From: Macrostomum hystrix
Taxonomy: Eukaryota; Animalia; Platyhelminthes
Length of the DNA: 64,000 nucleotides
Assembly: GCA_950097015.1 (NCBI GenBank)
Contig: CATNEN010000038.1
Coordinates: 34,410,001 to 34,474,000, forward strand
Reading direction: 5' to 3'
Part shown: positions 1-11,900 of the stretch, piece by piece
Layout: the number at the start of each line of letters is the position of its first letter
Position numbering within the stretch: the stretch's first letter is position 1
Notes under the pieces: generated by a model
The model's input: the letters and a program-made list of their open reading frames with translations, nothing else
The model's database searches: none
What the model was told of the DNA's origin: nothing
Made by a program: the position numbers and the translations under genes

Positions 1-90
1 ATTTCAGATGCGCTTGTAATAGCTGCGGCTGTGCTGTTGGCTGCACATCTGGCCCGATTGGGAGCAGGTGTTATCAATTATTATTATTCC
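1..90 (+). mobile_element. SINE family A, 3' fragment
   Basis: CAGATGCGC..AGCTGCGGCTGTGCTGTTGGCTGCACATCTGGCCCGATTGGG..CAGGTG followed by an (ATT)n tail; matches the 3' end of the copy at 44947-45228. Confidence 0.8.
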
Positions 91-172
91 AAATTAATTA
101 TTAATAAAATAATGGGCCTGAAATAATGCTAATGCTAATGTTGAAGATGCTAAACAAAATTTACATCTGTAG

Positions 173-625
173 GCCGAGATTCTCTCTAATGGCGGCAACC
201 GCGACCTACTGCCGGCCACGCCCGCCTCCGCTGCCGTCGCCTCCATTGTACCGGCCAAGGCTGACACAGCCGCTGCCGCCCTGTGCCGCGCCGACCTTGA
301 ACGGGACGCCGCTGTGCTTCGCCTAGTAGACGCCGCCTCCCAGCTGGCCGAGGGCATCGTCAAGCTGGCCGCCGGCCAAACTGCCCGCTCCGAGGCTGAC
401 GCCGAGCTGCGACGTCTGCGCGACTCCGTGCGCAATTTGAAACGCGAGGAGGCCAACCAGCGACGCGCCCTGGCCGATCATCGCGCTCTGGTGCGCGCGA
501 CCGCCGATGCTTTGGAGCGAGCCAGACAGCCGCTGTTCGATCTATTCGACAGGCAGGAGGCCGCCACCGCTGATGGTGCCGAAACGACCGCCGAGCGCGA
601 GTGGAATGTAGTCGATGCGGTTTGA
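173..625 (+). CDS. Terminal coding exon of a gene starting left of the window; Ala-rich coiled-coil protein C-terminus, function unknown
   Basis: Acceptor TGTAG|G at 172/173. One open frame 173-625 (AEILSNGG...EREWNVVDAV*) that includes track ORF 314..625. GC-rich island in AT-rich DNA; heptad-like stretch ELRRLRDSVRNLKREE. Confidence 0.7.
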   Translation, partial: AEILSNGGNRDLLPATPASAAVASIVPAKADTAAAALCRADLERDAAVLRLVDAASQLAEGIVKLAAGQTARSEADAELRRLRDSVRNLKREEANQRRALADHRALVRATADALERARQPLFDLFDRQEAATADGAETTAEREWNVVDAV

Positions 626-1819
626 AAAGACATTGTAAACTTTGATTTTAGAACATGGTTTTCGAGAGTTTGAATTCGCGCCCAAATTTCTGACGGGTTT
701 CTATTCAGTAAAACAAAACTTTTAATAATAACAATTCGTATGCTAATGCAATGGTTTTACGCGTATAGGACTTGATAATATGTTTGGGTGTATCATCTTC
801 GAAAATATTTAATTTATTAATTTTGGCGCCGATTCAAAATCTCGCAACTAAGTTCAGCTTTGCAATTGAAAGAAGTTTACTGCAAATAATTCTAGCATCT
901 AAAATTATTTGACGCTTAAGCGTTTGCTTTTGTTTATTTACTGTCATTAATTCGTTTAAAATCATAGATAAGTGAGTTTTCTGGTTGTCTCTAATTAGGG
1001 GTGTTTCAGTTAATCAGTTATAATTCACATCCCCATTTTAATTGATGCTTCGGCTAGTTTATGTTGTACTATTACCACTCTCTGCTTAATTAGCCCTTAC
1101 TCGTCTCAGCACTGAGTATCACCTGTCTAATTAATAAAAAATAAGTAATTTCAATTTGTACATGGAGTTCTTTTGTTTATTCTAACCCGGTTATCCATAA
1201 AGTTACTTTCTTGCTTTGTCATTACAAAATAACAAGGGTTTTTCCGTCGCTTTGAAGTTCAACGTACTAATTTACCTTGCTCTGTTTTTCCTTGTTCAGT
1301 GTTGTCTACACTTTCGTAGATAATAGTTTTGTCTGGTTCAGCTAAACTAACAATTCCAAACGTCCTACTGTACAACTTTATTTGTAGTTTAGTAGTGTGT
1401 AATTATTAATTATCTTGTAACGTGTTTTATTTTTAGGGCAGTCTATTAAAAATGAATTGATTGACTCTACTTACTACTATACTATACTACTCGGCTCTGT
1501 CATCTTTTTGCTTCGTTCTCAACTCCCGTTGCTGTTGGTTTGTTGTTTTTTTTGGTTTCCGCTACACAATATAATCACTATAAAAAGTATAGCGGCAATA
1601 CAATTTATAGTCTGCTTCAGTGTTCGGTTGATGGTTGCTTTTTCGTTAACTGCCTCCCCTGGCAAAACTAAACGCAACTGTTTACGAGTTTTGTAACACT
1701 CGGCTTTCGTCAGCAAATACTATTGTAAGCCTCTAAGAGTGTTTGCACTTTTAGTCTCATGTTCAATTACAATATAAAACTGTATCAGGGTAAGGGTCAG
1801 TCTGTCCGACAAGATAAGT

Positions 1820-4392
1820 ACAGGATGGTCAGATAAGAGTGATACTGGCAATCAGGATGTTCAGATAATAGTGATACTGGTAGTCAGGATGGTCAGATGA
1901 GAGTGATACTGGCGGACAGGATGGTCAGATAAGAGTGATACTGGCAGTCAGGATGGTCAGATAATAGTGATACTGGCAGACAGGATGGTCAGATAAGAGT
2001 GATACTGGCAGACAGGATGGTCAGATAAGAGTGATACTGTCAGTCAGGATGGTCAGATGAGAGTGATACTGGCGGACAGGATGGTCAGATAAGAGTGTTA
2101 CTGGCAGACAGGATGGTCAGATGAGAGTCATACTGTCAGACAGGATGGTCAGATAAGAGTGATACTGGCAGACAGGATGGTCAGATAAGAGTGATACTGT
2201 CAGACAGGATGGTCAGATAAGAGTGATACTGGCGGACAGGATGGTCAGATAAGAGTGATACTGGCGGACAGGATGGTCAGATAAGAGTGATACTGGCAGA
2301 CAGGATGGTCAGATAAGAGTGATACTGTCAGTCAGGATGGTCAGATGAGAGTGATACTGGCGGACAGGATGGTCAGATAAGAGTGTTACTGGCAGACAGG
2401 ATGGTCAGATGAGAGTCATACTGTCAGACAGGATGGTCAGATAAGAGTGATACTGGCAGACAGGATGGTCAGATAAGAGTGATACTGTCAGACAGGATGG
2501 TCAGATAAGAGTGATACTGGCGGACAGGATGGTCAGATAAGAGTGATACTGGCGGACAGGATGGTCAGATAAGAGTGATACTGGCAGTCAGGATGGTCAG
2601 ATAAGAGTGATACTGGCAGACAGGATGGTCAGATAAGAGTAATACTGGCAGACAGGATGGCCAGATAAGAGTGATACTGGCAATCAGGATGGTCAGATAA
2701 TAGTGATACTGGCAGTCAGGATGGTCAGATGAGAGTCATACTGTCAGACAGGATGGTCAGATAAGAGTGATACTGTCAGACAGGATGGTCAGATAAGAGT
2801 GATACTGGCGGACAGGATGGTCAGATAAGAGTGATACTGGCGGACAGGATGGTCAGATAAGAGTGATACTGGCAGTCAGGATGGTCAGATAAGAGTGATA
2901 CTGTCAGACAGGATGGTCAGATAAGAGTGATACTGGCGGACAGGATGGTCAGATAAGAGTGATACTGGCGGACAGGATGGTCAGATAAGAGTGATACTGG
3001 CAGTCAGGATGGTCAGATAAGAGTGATACTGTCAGACAGGATGGTCAGATAAGAGTGATACTGGCGGACAGGATGGTCAGATAAGAGTGATACTGGCGGA
3101 CAGGATGGTCAGATAAGAGTGATACTGGCAGTCAGGATGGTCAGATAAGAGTGATACTGGCAGACAGGATGGTCAGATAAGAGTAATACTGGCAGACAGG
3201 ATGGCCAGATAAGAGTGATACTGGCAGTCAGGATGGTCAGATAAGAGTGATACTGTCAGACAGGATGGTCAGATAAGAGTGATACTGGCAGTCAGGATGG
3301 TCAGATAAGAGTGATACTGGCAGACAGGATGGCCAGATGGTCAGATAAGAGTGATACTGGCAGTCAGGATGGTCAGATAAGAGTGATACTGGCAGACAGG
3401 ATGGCCAGATGGTCAGATAAGAGTGATACTGGCAGTCAGGATGGTCAGATAAGAGTGATACTGGCGGACAGGATGGTCAGATAAGAGTGATACTGGCAAA
3501 CAGGATGGTCAGATAAGAGTGATACTGTCAGACAGGATGGTCAGATAAGAGTGATACTGGCAGACAGGATGGTCAGATAAGAGTGATACTGGCAGACAGG
3601 ATGGTCAGATAAGAGTGATACTGGTAGTCAGGATGGTCAGATAAGAGTGATACTGGCAGTCAGGATGGTCAGATAAGAGTGATACTGTCGGACAGGATGG
3701 TCAGATAAGAGTGATACTGGCAGTCAGGATGGTCAGATAAGAGTGATACTGGCAAACAGGATGGTCAGATAAGAGTGATACTGTCAGACAGGATGGTCAG
3801 ATAAGAGTGATACTGGCAGACAGGATGGTCAGATAAGAGTGATACTGGCAGACAGGATGGTCAGATAAGAGTGATACTGGCAGTCAGGATGGTCAGATAA
3901 GAGTGATACTGGCAGACAGGATGGTCAGATAAGAGTGATACTGGCAGTCAGGATGGTCAGATAAGAGTGATACTGTCAGACAGGATGGTCAGATAAGAGT
4001 GATACTGGTAGTCAGGATGGTCAGATAAGAGTGATACTGGCAGTCAGGATGGTCAGATAAGAGTGATACTGTCGGACAGGATGGTCAGATAAGAGTGATA
4101 CTGGCAGTCAGGATGGTCAGATAAGAGTGATACTGGCAGTCAGGATGGTCAGATAAGAGTGATACTGGCAGACAGGATGGTCAGATAAGAGTGATACTGT
4201 CAGACAGGATGGTCAGATAAGAGTGATACTGGCAGACAGGATGGTCAGATAAGAGTGATACTGGCAGTCAGGATGGTCAGATAAGAGTGATACTGGCAGA
4301 CATGATGGTCAGATAAGAGTGATACTGGCAGTCAGGATGGTCAGATAAGAGTGATACTGTCAGACAGGATGGTCTGATAAGATTCATTCTGG
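1820..4392. repeat. 32-bp minisatellite, ~80 copies (CAGGATGGTCAGATAAGAGTGATACTGGCAGA)
   Basis: Direct reading; period confirmed by identical phase at 1981 and 2461 (480 = 15 x 32). Lies between two convergent genes. Confidence 0.97.
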
Positions 4393-5066
4393 CAGACAGA
4401 GTCAGAATAGATAGTCAGAGTCCAAGTAAGACATTCATTAAAACAGCAGCAGGTATCCATTAAGCAGTATTACTAGTATTGCTTCGTCCGTTTTCAGACA
4501 ATAATCACAACGACAAGTAAAACTGTAAAAGTAAGAACACTGCAATTATGAACTATGAATTTAGGATAATCATATTTATATCCAGTTAAAGTTAACGGAT
4601 GACACACTGACGCACAGAGAAAATATAAATATTATAATTAGAAGAGCTATTCAAATTGAAGCCGCTTTGAGTAGGAGACAAATGACAAGAGGAGATAAAT
4701 TAAATTAATATTACTGAACAATAAATTACATTCGAATTTCACAAAAATCAGCACAATAAGATGGAGCTTATCGATCGTTTTCGGTAAAAAGCCCGAATAT
4801 AGTGGCGTGATGTAGTTAATGTAAAATTTGTTGACGAAAAATTTAGTTTGGTAGGCAAATCTGGTTAATCACGAGCTAATAAAGACTCGAAAAATAGCAA
4901 AATATTTCAGGGTAGCTAACTGAATGTAAAAATTTGCGAATTAAACTTCCGTCAAAATATATAGCAGTCTACTAAGTCTGCAGTCTATATGCGGTCATGA
5001 AACAATGCTTGATTCATCAGTGTGCCCTGATCAATAATTAGCTTTGCTACAATTGACAGAATAATT

Positions 5067-5655
5067 GTCTGTAACCATTTTCCCTGATCCACCAGTGTCT
5101 GTAACCATTTTCCCTGATCCATCAGTGTCTGAAAGCATTGTCCCCTGATCCATCAGTGTCTGAAACCATTGTCCCCTGATCCATCAGTGTCTGTAACCAT
5201 TTTCCCTGATCCATCAGTGTCTGAAACCTTTGTCTCCTGATCCATCAGTGTCTGAAAGCATTGTCCCCTGATCCATCAGTGTCTGAAAGCATTGTCCCCT
5301 GATCCATCAGTGTCTGAAACCATTGTCCCCTGATCCATCAGTGTCTGAAACCATTGTCCCCTGATCCATCAGTGTCTGAAACCATTGTCCCCTGATCCAT
5401 CAGTGTCTGAAACCATTGTCCCCTGATCCATCAGTGTCTGAAACCATTGTCCCCTGATCCATCAGTGTCTGAAAGCATTGTCCCTTGATCCATCAGTGTC
5501 TGAAAGCATTGTCCCCTGATCCATCAGTGTCTGAAAGCATTGTCCCCTGATCCATCAGTGTCTGAAACCATTGTCCCCTGATCCATCAGTGTCTGAAAGC
5601 ATTGTCCCCTGATCCATCAGTGTCTGAAAGCATTGTCCCCTGATCCATCAGTGTC
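5067..5655. repeat. 30/31-bp minisatellite, ~19 copies (GTGTCTGAAACCATTGTCCCCTGATCCATCA)
   Basis: Direct reading; just downstream of the TRPA stop codon. Confidence 0.95.
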
Positions 5656-5909
5656 CTTTAATGCAAGAAAATTAATAGACATGATTGCAGCTTAGAATGT
5701 AATATAGCAATAGCGAAATACGCTTGTGATTAAAGCAGTTTTTTTTCTATAAAAAAGCAATACGCACTCGAGACCTGCTGTGTGAACTGGAAGCATTATC
5801 AATTGATAATATTGATTTTATGAGCTAGAAATAAACGAATTATTTTTTGATTAAATGGATATCGATTTCTTAAGACTAAGCAACTGATATATCCGCGAGA
5901 AGCAAGGTG

Positions 5910-8900
5910 TTAGAGCTCAACCAGCTGCCTGTTCATCTCCTGGTCATCGCCGCTATCGTCGCCAAGGTCATCATTGATGGTGTGAGCCAGGTCTTGATCG
6001 ATGCCCAGTTTTTTAACAACAGCCTTCGGTGGTTTCAAATGTTTAGGCACGAGTGAAAAATAAGTGAGAATTTAAGCACAATTCTCATGCATGGCTACTA
6101 AGTCCTTTGATCAGCCGCCGCACCCTCTCAGTCCTTTGATCAGCCGCCGCACCCTCTCAGTCCCCTTTGATCAGCCGCCACACCCTCTCAGTCCTTTGAT
6201 CAGCCGCCGCACCCTCTCAGTCCCCTTTGATCAGCCGCCGCACCCTCTCAGTCCCCTTTGATCAGCCGCCACACCCTCTCAGTCCTTTGATCAGCCGCCG
6301 CACCCTCTCAGTTCTTTGATCAGCCGCCGCACCATCTTAGTCCTTTGATCAGCCGCCACGATTCAACTCACCGACAACATTGCTTCGATGCGGTGCGTCT
6401 TAGCCCGCACGTCCTTGATCTTGGCCTTCAAAGAGCCAATGCTCAGCTCCATCTCGTCCTGCTTCCGGTAGATTCGCTCCCATTCGTCCAACTCGGGATC
6501 CAATGCCGAGCTCAGTTGCTCCCTGCTCATCCACTTGCGGTACAGCAGCCAGTTGATCAGGGCGAACGGGCTAGCCCGGCGTGGATTGGGATAATAATCC
6601 TCAGATCGGAGAACAAAGCGCCTAGAGATGCTGGCGGGCAGAACGGACTCCACTTCCAGCGCCAGTTCAACCTGAAATTTCCAGGTTCAACAAAGTCAGC
6701 TCTACGCGGATTCGAACTCGCAAGCGAGGCTAAAAACTCACCTGCATTGCCAGCCGTTTTAGTGAAGCCTGCTCTTGGACAGCCTTGATGTCGTCGACGG
6801 CCAAGCCAACCAGCAAGTTCATGATGATGATGCTCATCACGACCATGAAAAATGCGAACACCGTGGAGGAGGTGGCGTCGTAGAATACCTGCGATTGGAT
6901 GGGGCGAATTTCTGAGTTTGCAGTGAACTCAACAGCCTAGATAGACAAGTTTTGATTATTAAAACATTCGCATGCCACTTGGGAATGTTAATTGTACAGT
7001 TATAGAAATATTATCCCTTCAGTGACGACTTCAACTTTTGCAACAAAAAAATTGCTGCTTTGGTGTCATGTTTCTTGACTGGCAGTTGTGTCAGCTGGCA
7101 GTTGTGTCAGCTGGCAGTTGTGTCAGCTGGCAGTTGTGTCAGCTGGCAGTTGTGTCAGCAAAGTAAAAGTGTTTTTAGTGTGATATAATAACCTACCTGA
7201 TTATCCGGCGAGCTAAGATTATCGAATTGGCTGTCAAATATTGATGTGTACTCGAATTCGCCAATCATCATCACGGAGGTCTTTAACAGCGTCTTTGCCA
7301 CCGTGCTGAACGCGATCTGATTCTGCAGCAGGACAAAGAAGGTCAAGCTGAAGGACACCACGAACAGAAAGAACACGAGGAAGAAACGCGAGAAGGTGGC
7401 GAACACGTCGGTGAACATGACAACGTAGATGCCGAAGCGGGGCATTTTTCTGATGAACAGCACCAGGTTTAGCCAGGCGACTAGAATGCCGAAGGCGCCA
7501 ACGTTCCACTGCCAGTACTGCGGATCGGATAGAGCGGAAAACATTAGCCATTGTTGTAGATTTTCACGGCGATTCGTTGAATATTTTGGGAGATAAAGAA
7601 AAAATTGAGAGTGGCCATAATACTGTTAATACCTTAGCAGACACATTTTAACTATAAACAGACTCTACCAAAGCGAATGGCTTACTGTGCGAATTCCTGT
7701 GATTCTCTGGCAGTCATTCAAATCAATCACTGTGGCAATGGCCAGTGTAAATATACTCCAGTCCATGAGGTTTTCCAAGTTCAGATACTTCAGCCGGTTC
7801 ATGAACACTTGACCAATCTGAGGATTGGTGATGGAGCGTTTCATTGAACAAAGTGCAGAGCAGGAGCTTGAAGGCGCTGGGGTCAGGGGGGCAGGGGTGG
7901 CTGCTTGTAAGGGGTTGAAAAAGTGCTGAAGCAGCGGTGGCTGTCTGTGAGGGGTTGGAGTGCGCTGGGGGCTGGGGTGGCTGTCTGTGAGGGGTTGGAG
8001 TGCGCTGGGGACTGGGGTGGCTGTCTGTGAAGGGTTGGAGTGCGCTGGGGGCTGGGGTGGCTGTCTGTGAGGGGTTGGAGTGCGCTGGGGACTGGGGTGG
8101 CTGTCTGTGAAGGGTTGGAGTGCGCTGGGGGCTGAGGTGGCTGTCTGTGAGGGGTTGGAGTGCGCTGGGGGCTGGGGTGGCTGTCTGTGAGGGGTTGGAG
8201 TGCGCTGGGACTGGGGTGGCTGTCTGTGAGGGGTTGGAGTGCGCTGGGGACTGTCTGTGAAGGGTTGGAGTGCGCTGGGGGCTGAGGTGGCTGTCTGTGA
8301 GGGGTTGGAGTGCGCTGGGGGCTGAGGTGGCTGTCTGTGAGGAGTTGGAGTGCGCTGGGGGCTGGGGTGGCTGTATGTGAAGGGTTGGAGTGCGCTGGGG
8401 GCTGAGGTGGCTGTCTGTGAGGGGTTGGAGTGCGCTGGGGGCTGGGGTGGCTGTCTGCGAGGGGTAAGAAATCTGAAGTTCGCAAACGTCAAGCCGGACC
8501 TCCTTGAGCAGGAACAGTATCCCGAGCGCCATCACCAGCCAGCGGGTGACAGCCGGCGCAGGGTGTCGTCGATAATCTGGCGCCGACCGCAGCACCTGCT
8601 GGCACTCGTCGGTGGCCTCCGGAGTGACATTGTACTCGGGATAGTAGGGCCCATAGAATCTGTACGTTGGCGTGGTGCACAGCATATAGACGGTGAATGC
8701 AGTGAGGAAGATGACATAAAGCAGTAGGTTCAGGTAATAGACCCAGCGACCAAAAGATGTCCATTTGTGGCGCAGCAGGGCCGCCACTAGTGGGTGGAGC
8801 AGCAAGTCCTCGCGCTTGTTCCTGCGGGCCAGCGGATGGAATAACTTCTTCACTTTGGGATTTCAAGATAAGATAGGATAATTTAAGAGATAGGATAAGG

Positions 8901-11900
8901 ATAATTTAGAGACGTGATAAGGATTTAGAGGAGGGATAAGGGACGGCGATCTAAGGAAGGGAAAGTATACGGGGATCTGGAGAATGGATGGGGATCAATG
9001 AAATTGGTGGGGATCAATGAAATGGATGGGGATCAATGGAAGGGATGGGGATTAATGGAAGGGATGGGGATTAATGGAAGGGATGAGGATCAATGGAAGG
9101 GACGGGGATCAATGGAAGGGACGGGGATCAATGGAAGGGACGGGGATCAATGGAAGGGACGGGGATCAATGGAAGGGACGGGGATCAATGGAAGGGACGG
9201 GGATCAATGGAAGGGACGGGGATCAATGGAAGGGACGGGGATCAATGGAAGGGACGGGGATCAATGGAAGGGACGGGGATCAATGGAAGGGACGGGGATC
9301 AATGGAAGGGACGGGGATCAATGGAAGGGACGGGGATCAATGGAAGGGACGGGGATCAATGGAAGGGACGGGGATCAATGGAAGGGACGGGGATCAATGG
9401 AAGGGACGGGGATCAATGGAAGGGACGGGGATCAATGGAAGGGACGGGGATCAATGGAAGGGACGGGGATCAATGGAAGGGACGGGGATCAATGGAAGGG
9501 ACGGGGATCAATGGAAGGGACGGGGATCAATGGAAGGGACGGGGATCAATGGAAGGGACGGGGATCAATGGAAGGGACGGGGATCAATGGAAGGGACGGG
9601 GATCAATGGAAGGGACGGGGATCAATGGAAGGGACGGGGATCGATGGAAGGGACGGGGATCAATGGAAGGGATGGCGATAACGATAAGCACATCGGGCCC
9701 TCACTTCACCATGATCATCAGAGGGTGATTTCTCAGCGAGTCTTTCTCAACCGCGCCCGCACCGAAGCCACCGCCAACAGTGGCGACCGTCGGGACATTC
9801 AGCTGACCGTGCGAGTCGTAGTTGCCGCCAGCCAGATCCGAGCCGGCGTCTGACGCGGAGTCGTCCGACTTGCCGCTGATGCTTCCGCCACCGCCGCCGC
9901 CGCCGTCGCCGCCGCCGCGACCGTAAGCATCGTCGAGGAACTCGTAGTAGAACACGACCCGATAGTCGGGATCGTCTGGCGCTCTGCGCTCCTTGTTGAC
10001 TTCGACGCACTTGTCGAACACCCGCTCGGCGACTGTGGGCATCTTGCGGATCAGCTTGCGCAGCGGCGTGTCCTTCTGACCCTGGCATTTGGAGAAAAAG
10101 TGGTAGAATTATGCTATTTCTACTTGAAGTAGTGCGATGAGTTCAGCAGCATTTTGCACGCCAGATAATGTAAGTGTAAAAACTGCATGAAATAAAAGCT
10201 TCTAAGCTCATTGTCTACGGTAAAAATGTTTCAAATATCCAAGCACTAATTAAAAGATAAACCCAATATAAATTCATTACTTGGCCTGGAAATACTGAAT
10301 TCAGATAGCTAAGGTTCAAACTCCCAACTCCCAGTCAGAAGTCCTAGGCAACTAGTTTTGGGCTACAATGATATAAAATCCTAGAATTTAAAGATCCGAT
10401 AAGATCTTACTCGTACAATTCACAAATCGCCTAAAATCCCTGAATTCACAAATCCCCCAAAACCCAGATTTAACGAATCTCCAAAAATCCCATAATTTAT
10501 GAATCCCCAAAAATCCCATAATTCATGAATCCCCTAAAATCCCATAATTTATAAATCCCCTAAAATCCCATAATTTATAAATCCCCTAAAATCCTAGAAT
10601 TCACAAATACCCTAAAATCCTAAAATTAAAAATTCCCCTAGAATCCCATAATTCATAAATCCCCTAAAATCCCAGAATTCACAAATCCCTTAAAATCCCA
10701 AAATTTATAAATCCTCTAAAATCCCATAATTTATAAATCCCCTAAAATCCCAGAATTCACAAATACCCTAAAATCCTAAAATTAAAAATTCCCCTAGAAT
10801 CCCATAATTCATAAATCCTCTAAAATCCCAGAATTCACAAATACCCTAAAATCCTAAAATTAAAAATTCCCCTAGAATCCCATAATTCATAAATCCCCTA
10901 AAATCCCAGAATTCACAAATACCCTAAAATCCCCGAATTCACAAATCCCCCAAAACCCAGATTTAACGAATCTCCAAAAATCCCATAATTCATGAATCCC
11001 CTAAAATCCCATTATTTATAAATCCCTAAAATCCCATAATTCACAAATCCCCTAAAATCCATGATTCAACGAACCTCCTAAAATCTCACAATTCGCAAGT
11101 CGTCTAGATGCTTAAAAACTACAGCTCCCCAAATATCCCAAGTTCGTAGAATCATTAAATGACCAAATCCATTAGCCAGAATCATATATGCAGATCCTAT
11201 AGGATCCAAAAAGCAGCAATGGCCAACCTTCTCTCCCATAGTCTCATTCCTCAGCGCCTCCTTCCACTGGGGTGAGCTGAGCAGTGTCAGAGCCACCTTC
11301 TTGTGCCCATTGTCGATGGCTGCGTCCAGACAGTTGCAATTGTGCAACGGACTCTTGGGATTCGAGTACTTGATGCGGGTGCCGACCCGAGCATTGTGGC
11401 CCAGAAGCAGACGGACCATGGTCACGTGACCTCCCTGGCAGGCCAGAAATAGTGGCGTCACATTCGATTTGTCAGCCGGATCAGTGGGCGAATCGTTGTC
11501 AAGCAGGGTCTTGGCAACCTGCGAAATGAGGCACGTGAACTTTTAGGTTCGATTTGTAAACCTGTGTCCCACTGATCCCAGTTCCTCACCTGTGACCCAC
11601 TGATCCCAGTTCCTCACCTGTGACCCACTGATCCCAGTTCCTCACCTGTGACCCACTGATCCCAGTTCCTCACCTGTGACCCACTGATCCCAGTTCCTCA
11701 CCTGTGACCCACTGATCCCAGTTCCTCACCTGTGACCCACTGATCCCAGTTCCTCACCTGTGACCCACTGATCCCAGTTCCTCACCTGTGACCCACTGAT
11801 CCCAGTTCCTCACCTGTGACCCACTGATCCCAGTTCCTCACCTGTGACCCTTTGATGACATCTGAGAACCAAATATCCCATTGTTTCTATCTGAAAACTC

